DNA of 64,000 nucleotides from Octopus sinensis. Taxonomy: Eukaryota. Below are positions 54,995 through 64,000 of this stretch, piece by piece (within the stretch, counting starts at the first letter, position 1; each line of letters opens with the position of its first letter). Made by a program: the position numbers and the translations under genes. Location of the stretch: positions 54,312,001-54,376,000 of the forward strand of contig NC_042999.1 of NCBI RefSeq assembly GCF_006345805.1, in the 5' to 3' direction. The notes under the pieces were generated by a model. It saw nothing but the letters and a program-made list of their open reading frames with translations. It did no database searches and was not told the origin of the DNA.

Positions 54995-55495
54995 GGAAGT
55001 GTTATCATGTACATTGTTTTGTCTTGGTATAAAAGATGGGCTACAGCAAATATTCTGCTCAATACCACAGATTTGCTTGTCAGATGTTTGACCGTAACCA
55101 GTTGAGCATGTCCCTTAGTGGCTGACGATATGTGCATCTCTGATCACGAGCAGAAGTAGTGGGGGAGCATCATAGCCATGTGTTGAGAGGGATTCTTTGG
55201 GGTTTGAATAGTTCACCTCTGGAAACATGGGTGGTTTTTTCAACATCCTTAAACAACCCTTATTCAGGGACCGTTTGAGCGGGATGGGCTACTCAACCTG
55301 AAGAAAATTCTAACTGGGCCCCACCTGCAAGGTCATGTGCTGTTTATCTTGATATGAGATCACCATGTCGCGCACATATGGTTGTGATGCATGTGCCTGG
55401 TGTACCTTTATCAGACGGGTAGTCATGATGGGTATATTGGGCTTCGTATATTTTACCCCAGTGTCACTTGATGGCATGAACTGCTCTCTCACTCA
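54995..55495. repeat. Interspersed repeat, same family as 270-635, between two (AAT)n tracts
   Basis: Direct sequence comparison. Confidence 0.75.
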
Positions 55496-55522
55496 ATAAT
55501 AATAATAATGATAATAATAATA

Positions 55523-55560
<38 letters not shown>

Positions 55561-55571
55561 TAATAATAATA

Positions 55572-55605
<34 letters not shown>

Positions 55606-57230
55606 CAAATTTTGGCACAAAATCAGCCAGATCGGGGAGGAAATAAGTCAATTATATTGACCCCAGTATTCAACTGGTACTTATTTTATCGAACTGGGAA
55701 GGAGTTAACCGCGGTGGAATTTGAACTCAGTACGTTAAGACGGACAAAATGCCGCTAAACACTTTGTCCGGCGTGCTAATGGTTCTGCCAGATCGCAACC
55801 TTCAACCACTCCCAAAGCTTTACTTTGCCTGAAGCTATGGTAGAAGACACTTGCCCATTGCCACGCAGTGAAATTGAACCTGGAACCATGTGGTTGACTA
55901 GCAAGCTTATTACCACACACCCACGCCTATCAATACATCTATCAATAATGATGATGATGATGACATTATTATTATTAATATTATTATTAATATCATTATC
56001 ATCATCATCATCATCATCATCATCATTATCATCATTTGCACATTTCTTTTATCATTATTTAGAATGAACAGTCAGCAATGCACCAGTAACCTTGGTAATG
56101 GACTCTTCACGGCTAAACGAAACCAGAACGGATTTGGTGCAGATTTTCTGAATCGTGAAATTTTTGACAAAGGATGGCTTTCGAAAGAACGTTAAGTTAT
56201 TTCAGCTAACAATAATTAACTCTCTGTTAATTATTATAAATAACTTGATTTATAGGGATTGACTCTTTTGTATCTGTCTCCATGACGTTGATTATTCAAA
56301 GCGCGCTTGTCTATCAGAAAAATAAATCTCTCTGTCACTTTGATCTCTGTACCCACTGCACGCAACAACCTTGTCAACGTTTAGCGAGGAAAATATCAAA
56401 AATGTATTTATTTTTTAATTACGAATGCTGTTTTTTTAAAGTTACATTGTCGGTAAAAGGTAATATGTAACACCTCAGTCTTTCCATAAGTCATTAGCTT
56501 TTTTTTTATTTTACTGTAACCGTTTTACCTTTGTCACGACTCAATGGTATAATTAGGTCGGAGTTTATCCCGGGTGTACGAGGCACGTAAATACGAAGAG
56601 TTCCTACTTTTTGTTACCCTGAATAGGACGAAACTCCGTCGCAATATTAGTTTTAAATGTTGGCACAAAGCCAGCAATTTCGGGTACCTGGACCCCCAGT
56701 GTATAACTAGTACTTATCTAATCGTCACCGCATCACCCGGCCCCGAAAGGATGAAAGGCAAAGTCGAGCTTGGTGGAATTTGAACTCTGAGGGTAAAGCC
56801 GGACGAAATGCCGCCAAGCCTTTCGTCCGGCATGCTAACAATTCTGTCAGTTCGCTGCCTTATCATCCATCGTCATATTAACTCCCATCTGTTATTGGTG
56901 GTGCCCATCATCATCTGATAGTATTGCACCAATATGAGCTGTTTTGCGATCGTGTCTGAGAATCGAAACCACGACCTTATGAACCTGCTTCCAGTACCCT
57001 AACCACTGGTCGATCTACTTTCACTAATGCTATATTAACCGCGTGCAGCTGAAGCAGCCCAACAGAGCAGGAAGTGCAGCGAGTTGTCAAAGCGAACCTT
57101 GGACAAGAGAAGGCAGAAGGCTGGTGGCATTAACGGGAAACTAAGATCGAAAGTAACACCCAGTCACAATGTCACAGTATATAGCACACGTTCAATAAAT
57201 TGGTATTTGATACTCCCCTCTCTGACTCTG

Positions 57231-57286
<56 letters not shown>

Positions 57287-57794
57287 TCTTTCTTTCTCTC
57301 TCTCCCTCCCACACACTCTCTTTATCTCCATAGAACTTTAACACAAATATCCTGAATATCAAGAACAGATATCTATACTAATCACAAAAGACACACAGTT
57401 TTGTCTGTCTCGTTCTATACATTTGTCACCATCACTGCTAGTCACTCTTGAGGATTCCATATCGCTGTCAGAGTCTTTACGCATAATCCATCAATGTTGA
57501 ATACCGTCCTTCCTCTGCTCACCATTTCCTACGCTTTTTACTTCCCTGTGATACGCCATGTTTTATCTTACATACACAATATTTCTTTTTAGTGATGTTG
57601 TCAGCCCAGCTGCATCTCACAGCCCGGGTCATCTTCGAAAGATAAACATAATAAACTCACCGCCATAAACACAATTTTGAAACCTATAAATAATTGCCTC
57701 ATGCAAACATACATACATACATACATACATACATACATACATACATACATACATACATACATACATACATACATACATACATACATACGTACAT

Positions 57795-58002
57795 AAAGTT
57801 AATCCAAACAAGAAAGCACAAAAAAAACACAACGCGAGGACGTGGAACAAATATAGTATTATTGGACGCTCAGGAAAGAAGGAAAGAAGGAGGGTTTAAC
57901 GTTTCGAGCGGAGCTCTTCGTCGGAAACATAGGAGAAGGAAAGATCCAGAGAAGGGAAGACAGAGGAAAAAAATCGCCAACGGTACACACGAGGTCACAT
58001 TT
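57795..58002 (-). mobile_element. PLE pseudo-LTR-like unit, family A, ending in (TATG)n
   Basis: Near-identical to the reverse complement of 6417-6618. Confidence 0.75.
57894..57928 (-). ncRNA. Minimal type I HHR motif, family A (U4C)
   Basis: 35 nt identical to 20394-20428. Confidence 0.7.
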
Positions 58003-58638
58003 TGACATACATACACACATTTGAGTGTAAACGTGTGTATGTGTGTTTGTGTGTTTGTGCATATCGCTCTGATGAGGTTATAAAATGTCCCTCACAGTGA
58101 CATTCACTTCTAGGTGTACAATTTTTTTTTCTAGCGCAAACATCTCTGTGCCAATGAATGTGATTATATAACCCCTGTTCTTTTACCATTGATTAATTAA
58201 TATTACAGCGCGGAAAGTGTTTATAAGCCATTTAAAACACACAAAAACCATTAGATTCACTTCAACATTTAAATTTAATTTGCCAAATTATTTTCGTCGT
58301 TTTGAAACCACGACCTGTTTGCTGACAAAATTTCGTGCTGCAAAATTCCGAGATGCAGTACTGACAGCACTACCTTTGTTACTAAGAGTGTCACCAAAAG
58401 TTGTAATAATTTAAAGTAGTTACCACTGTAACTATTACACCCTGTCTGTACAAAAAAAATCATTAAAGAGGCATGATAACGCAGTCACAAGTCTTAATTG
58501 TAACTGCACTGGCGTGTTGTAAAGCGCTGATGACGCAAAATCTACTAATCCCATAATGCACCGCAACAGCCGCCTCACCGCTCTTTCGGGTGATCATATT
58601 CATGTGATGTCATTCAGTTGTAGTAGCTATCTATATCA

Positions 58639-60735
58639 CTGGCCAAGAGTAAAGTCTATACTGAAAGCAGAGCCTTTCAAATCCGGTGGGAAACCGAGTA
58701 CATGTATTAATTGTGGTGCTAGTGTTGCTGTACTTGAAGAGTATAATTACAAATGCCACTACGAGACATAACATCAGGACCAGTATAAATACCTCACTGC
58801 TGAGCAGAAGCAATGAAAGGTAGACGAGTTGAAGTGGAATCTCACATTACAATAGACTTTTTCAACCAAAGCAAAATCACAAAGTGAAACTGCTGTTAAA
58901 GCAAGTTTTATGTCGGTTAAATTTTATAGTGGCAGAAGAGCTCGCAAAATCAGCCTAGCCATTTACTGAAAGAGAGTTCGTGAAGAGCTGTGTGATGAAA
59001 ATTTGTGACATTTTGTGTCCAGACTAGAAGCAACTGTTTGCTAATGTGAGTATTAGCAGAAATACGGTTGCTGATCGGGTATGTGAGATGGACACTGATT
59101 TGAAAACATAGTTGATAGAAAAAGGAAAATATTTTGTTGCAAACTCTCTTGCTGTGAATGAGACTACTGACACGACGACCTCCATGTGATGTTTTATTCA
59201 TCTTCATCACAGAGAACAGCTGCTCACACAGACATGAGCTTCCAAACAAAGGCAGTGTTCAAGCTGCATGTAAACAGAGCTGGGGTATTGCTTCAGGTAT
59301 GAAACGAGTGGACTGTGCGGGGCCCCACGGAGTCGCACTTTGCTTTTAATATTCTATTACACAGCAGTTCTATCAGCTCCATTTGAATCTGTACAGGTGC
59401 AGTTTCCACATTGATGGCAAATGGGTTGCCAAGCAGCTCGAAATTATTTTTCTGTGCTTCAAAGTCACTAAAGCACCGAGCGAATTCAGTGCGGAGCGAA
59501 CTCAGTTTAGTAGCAAAGTGTCGCTTTGGGAACACCGTGGCGCTGACTTGGCTCAACATTACTTAGCAACAGAGAAAGTAAGACAAGTTCAATTGGTGCA
59601 TTTGTGTCACCCATAGGCGCAGCTTCTCTTGAAATGCCTTCACTGCGTCATTCATATCACAGATCATGCGATCTCATCCCTGGGGCTGGATGTTTAAAAC
59701 GTTGAGATGTGCAGTTATGTCAACCAAAAACGCCAATTCGCATTTCCACTTTTCATCCCACAGACCATTGGATTATTTTCCTTTAGTGTCCAAGAACTGA
59801 GATACCCCTCAACCAGCTCAAAAGCTATATTGAGGACCTTTCCCCAACTGAGCCACAACACTTCCGTATGATAAGGAACATCACTGAACCCTGAATGTAT
59901 TTCCCGCGGGAAAGACTGAAATTGGCAGTGATTTAACCCTTTGGCTCGGATAAAGTTTACGGTTTGCATTACAGTACTCATTACATGTCCCATTTTTAAG
60001 GTTTTAGCGCACAGCGTTTCCTGGTGTATGATGCAGTGATATGTTGTCAACTCACCAGCGCAGTTATCTTCTTGCATCTTTAAACGTATCCTACCCACTA
60101 GTCCACTTTTCTTACTGCACATCGCCGGTTCTCCATTTGTTGTAAGTCCAACAAGTTTGTCCCAAGGCAATTTCATGTCAGTTACACTCTGACATATTTT
60201 TTCAAAAAAGGTCCTTTCCTGTTGTCCCGTGCATCGATTTAATGTCCAACATTTCCTCTATGACTAACAAATTGGAATCCACTCCACAGATGAAGATAAC
60301 CGGCTGTGCAATCCATCCTGAGGGTCTCAACAACACAGAACTTTTCCCCAAACATCAATGAACTCGCTGCCAAGAAAATATGCCAAGTATGTAGCTCGGA
60401 CAAAATTTCATGAAGGAAATTGAAAGTTTTGATTTATTATTTCAATTTTCACTAAAAAGTAGGTTTTTTATATAATTTTTTTTTCTTGCAACTTGTTCAT
60501 ATTTTAAATTTTTATAATTTTGACAGGAGATGTTTTTATGAAGAGCAATATATTTTAAGCAATTTAAGTTGAAGTTAATTTATTTATGGAATAAAATTAT
60601 ATACCATCTGTTTCAATACATGTTCATGTTCAAAACGTTTTAGTCTGTTCAATAAATGTTTATCCTGTTCGGTCCGCGACCTAAAGGGCCCTTTGAGTTT
60701 TGGGCGCCTGTGCCTTTGAGTTTGACACTCTTACT
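58639..60735 (+). mobile_element. Decayed hAT transposon (GTF2IRD2/SPIN-like transposase) with internal inversion
   Basis: Plus strand N-terminus (ESRAFQIRWETEY...VAVLEEYNYKCHYET...SLAVNETTD) to about 59177; core on the minus strand 60309 to 59177 (AQPVIFICGVD, LTTNGEPAM, YHCIIHQE, VPYHTEVLWLS, CEQLFS); C-terminus again on plus 60309-60413; TIR-like gagtgtcaaactc near 60733; left end not found. Confidence 0.85.
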
Positions 60736-61344
60736 TTAGACCCATGTTCCATGATGAATATAAATTCCACATCAAAATAAGTGATGTACAAATGCCATGT
60801 ATTTATTTATGGATACATAAGAAAAATATAGGAAGATTTCACGTTTCAAAAAATTCTTTGATCAATCGGACTGATTTTTCTAGATATATTTTCAAGAATT
60901 CGGACAGAAGGAATATTTTAGAAGGAAAATTAAACGAAAAGATCTGATCTCAGGGAACTAGATATATAGAGTTGGACAAAAGGATTTGTTGAGGGTGGAG
61001 AACAAAGCGAATGGTGTTGGGAAAGAAGGAACTTGTGCTTAGATCCAAACCAGAGTGGACTAAGCATGCCAGGTGGCCAGATGTTGGTTTTAAACCAGCC
61101 AACGGGTTATGTCCACCATTTGAGAATGGAAAGGGTCTCTTTGAAGGGATTCTGCATAGACTCCATTTATCGAACTTCATTTACAGCACTTCTATTAGTC
61201 TGAGTTTATAGGTTGAGACACGAAACAAACTTTTGAACGCCATTGCTATACCTTTGGTCTCATATATGTACGCACATACGTTCATTGGTATACACCACAG
61301 ATACGCACACACGCATGCATACATAAATACATATATACAGATGA

Positions 61345-61980
61345 GAAGGCCAGTGGCCTAATGGTTAGGACATTGCACTCATTATCGCTAGATCACCAGT
61401 TCGATTCCTGGATCGGGCAGCGCATTGTGTTCTTGAGCAAAACACTTCATATCCCGCTGCACCTGTTTACTCACCTGTGAATAGGTAAACCTATTTCTTT
61501 ACTACCCACAAGGGGCTAAACACAGAGAGGACAAACAAGGACAGACAAACGGATTAAGTCGATTATATCGACCCCAGTGCGTAACTGGTACTTAATTTAT
61601 CGACCCCGAAGGAATGAAAGGCAAAGTCGACCACGGCGGAATTTGAACTCAGAACGTAATGGCAGACGAAATACGGCTACGCATTTCGCCCAGCGTGCTA
61701 ACGTTTCTGCCAGCTCGCCGCCTTATGAATAGGTAAACCTGTGGCGTAATAATATCCTTCTGATCAGGTCCAATGTTGGCCTGCTCGCCTAGCCAGCAAG
61801 GTGGCGCCATTCAAAAGTTCAAAGAGGGTAAAACGCATTGTGACCAGCGATGTATAACAACATTTGATTGCTTGGTCGATAATGTACATATGTGCGCCCA
61901 GACCCTCAAACAAGCCTACGGGCTATATTCATGTACACCTTCAGAATATACATACACACCTATATGAGTGTGTTCAGGAC
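61345..61980 (+). mobile_element. CORE-like tRNA SINE interrupted by an S1 insertion
   Basis: Head gtggcctaatggttagg...cagttcgattcc; core tgtgttcttgagcaaaacactt; body resumes after the TSD at 61740. Confidence 0.7.
61493..61725 (-). mobile_element. Full-length SINE S1 with 15-bp TSD
   Basis: tgaataggtaaacct at 61478-61492 and 61726-61740. Confidence 0.9.
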
Positions 61981-62609
61981 TCTGTGTGCACGTGTGTGTG
62001 TGTGTGTGTGTACGCGGATGAGATTCCATAAAAGACAGAGGTTAATTTATGAGTAAGACAAGTAACACGAAACGGTGATGACCACGTTTAAAGATGAAAC
62101 TTGAAACGGTGAATACGTGCGATAACACATTTAAATAAAGACGGCGGAAGATTTCTTTGTTTATAAACTTTCACCTCCAAATTATTTATCATTTTTTAAG
62201 GATACAATATTCGATTTCTCTACAATTATCTTCTTTTATATTTCACTTTCTCTGGGGTTTTTTTTTATTGTGTGTGTTATCCCTGCATTTTCCCTTAAAC
62301 CGTTTATCACTCTTCCATTTTTATGAAAGTTACCCCACTTTTTTCTATCTTACAACTACTATCTTTTGCTGGTGGTCCAACCAGAAGACGAAGAATGAGC
62401 AGTACTCATAAACCATTTCAAAAAGTGCCCGTAATCGTCTTTCTTCATTTTTCATACCGAACTCAGCATGTTTGTATTTGGGGTATTACAACTGCTCATT
62501 AACATCTCAAGTTCTTTCCGTATATCCCCGGTTGTTTCCGTGCGTCAGCTTCTGTTACTGTTTATGACCACTTTCTGTGCAATGGCGTTTATAAACAGCA
62601 ATAATATTT

Positions 62610-62940
62610 TTTCTACTCTATGCACAAGGCCCGAAATTTTGGGAGAAGGGAGCCAATCGATTAGATCGACTCCAGTACGCAACTGGTACTTATTTAATCG
62701 ACCCCGAAAGGATGAAAGGCAAAGTCGACCTCGGCAGAATTTGAACTCAGAACGTAACTACAGACGAAATACCTATTTCTTTACTACCCACAAGGGGCTA
62801 AACACAGAGAGGACAAACACGGACAGACAAACGGAATAAGTCGATTACATCGACCCCAGTGCGTAACTGGTACTTAAATTATCGACCCCTAAAGGATGAG
62901 AGGCAAAGTCAACCTCGGCGGAATTTGAACTCAGAACGTA
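62610..62940 (-). mobile_element. SINE S1, two-unit tandem
   Basis: Junction cagacgaaatacctatttctttactacc at about 62760. Confidence 0.85.
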
Positions 62941-62961
62941 ACGTATTCATACATGCATATA

Positions 62962-63185
62962 TGGGTACAGAACGTCACGGACTTTTTTAAAACATGAAAT
63001 ACGAAAGCAAACGAGTTAAATACGCAAACAACGAGAGGAAAAAATGGAAATCAGAACAAGTAAACACAGAGAACGACCATTCATCAGTTGTCGGCTGTCT
63101 ATCTACTCCTCATTTCGAGCATTCAGCGACAATGAGTCTTCAAAGACAGTTGCTCTCATAAATTCTAAAATATAATTTAGGATTT

Positions 63186-63242
<57 letters not shown>

Positions 63243-63893
63243 TATACACATTTATATATGCATATACATATGTATTTATTATTATTATTGAACTGAACGC
63301 CACGCATCCATTTCCTAGTAAGTTTATCTTAACCTTTTTGATACTTCTCTACTCTATACTGTTTACTTCCTTCAACCTTCTTTAATTCCCTTTTCTCTCC
63401 CTCCCTCTCTCACCGTTTGATCATGTCTCTCTCTCTCTCCCTCTTTCTCTTTTTCTCTCTCTTGTTGCTCACACGTGACGATCGTCCATCTTTCTTTTCT
63501 TCACGTGACCATATTTCTTTTCCTGCACGGATGTTCAAAAGACTGGACATTTTTATTCTCTCTCTTCTATCTTTTCTCTTTTCAAAGAAAATATTTCTCC
63601 CATCATTCAATATTTTCCACGCGTTCTGGTTTAACGACCCTCCATGTTTGTTTTCGTTCGGTTTCCTTGTATATCTCCACTGTCCTCTTTTTGTTCCCAA
63701 CTTTGACCCTCCATAAATCCTAAATTTATTTTAGAATTTGTGTGAGCAACTATCTTTGAAGACTCATATTGTCGTGGAATGCTCGAAATGAGAAGTAGAT
63801 AGACAGCCGACAACTGCTGAAGGGTCCTATTTTCCATTTTTTCTCTCGTTGTTTACGTATTTCATGTTGTTGCACAGTTGGTGACGTCCAGTC
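62962..63893. repeat. Two family G copies in inverted orientation (62962-63186 minus; 63440-63893 plus)
   Basis: Reverse complement of 62962-63186 aligns by eye to about 63714-63893. Confidence 0.8.
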
Positions 63894-64000
63894 CCCTCTC
63901 TCTCTCTATATATATATATTTCTAAATGTAACCACATGTGAATCGTTGCTGGTAATCTGGTAATATCTTCTATTGGACTTTCCTCTGTTTCCGAAGAAGA

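Overview
AT-rich animal genomic DNA, saturated with microsatellites and transposable-element relics. The SINE and microsatellite complement looks like an octopus or other cephalopod genome (inferred from pattern recognition, not a search). I find no intact host protein-coding gene, tRNA or rRNA gene, or CRISPR array; nearly all long ORFs are microsatellite read-throughs. Identifiable elements: R4/Dong-type and other RLE LINE fragments, a Penelope-like (PLE) RT fragment, RTE, Tx1-like and APE LINE fragments, two decayed mariner transposons, a non-autonomous Tc1/mariner element, a hAT MITE, a GTF2IRD2/SPIN-like hAT transposase relic with an internal inversion, and many tRNA-derived SINEs. The most striking signal is a dense set of minimal type I hammerhead ribozyme (HHR) motifs from at least six unrelated sequence families. 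Four of them form near-perfect head-to-head palindromes (about 4.8, 8.7, 23.2 and 50.5 kb), so each strand encodes one HHR; in each, one arm has the better-preserved ribozyme and the other is altered. One further HHR lies downstream of a tRNA-like Pol III SINE head (48.1-48.4 kb), and a three-copy family carries a CCGACGA (U4C) core. Folds were worked out by hand and no activity is demonstrated.
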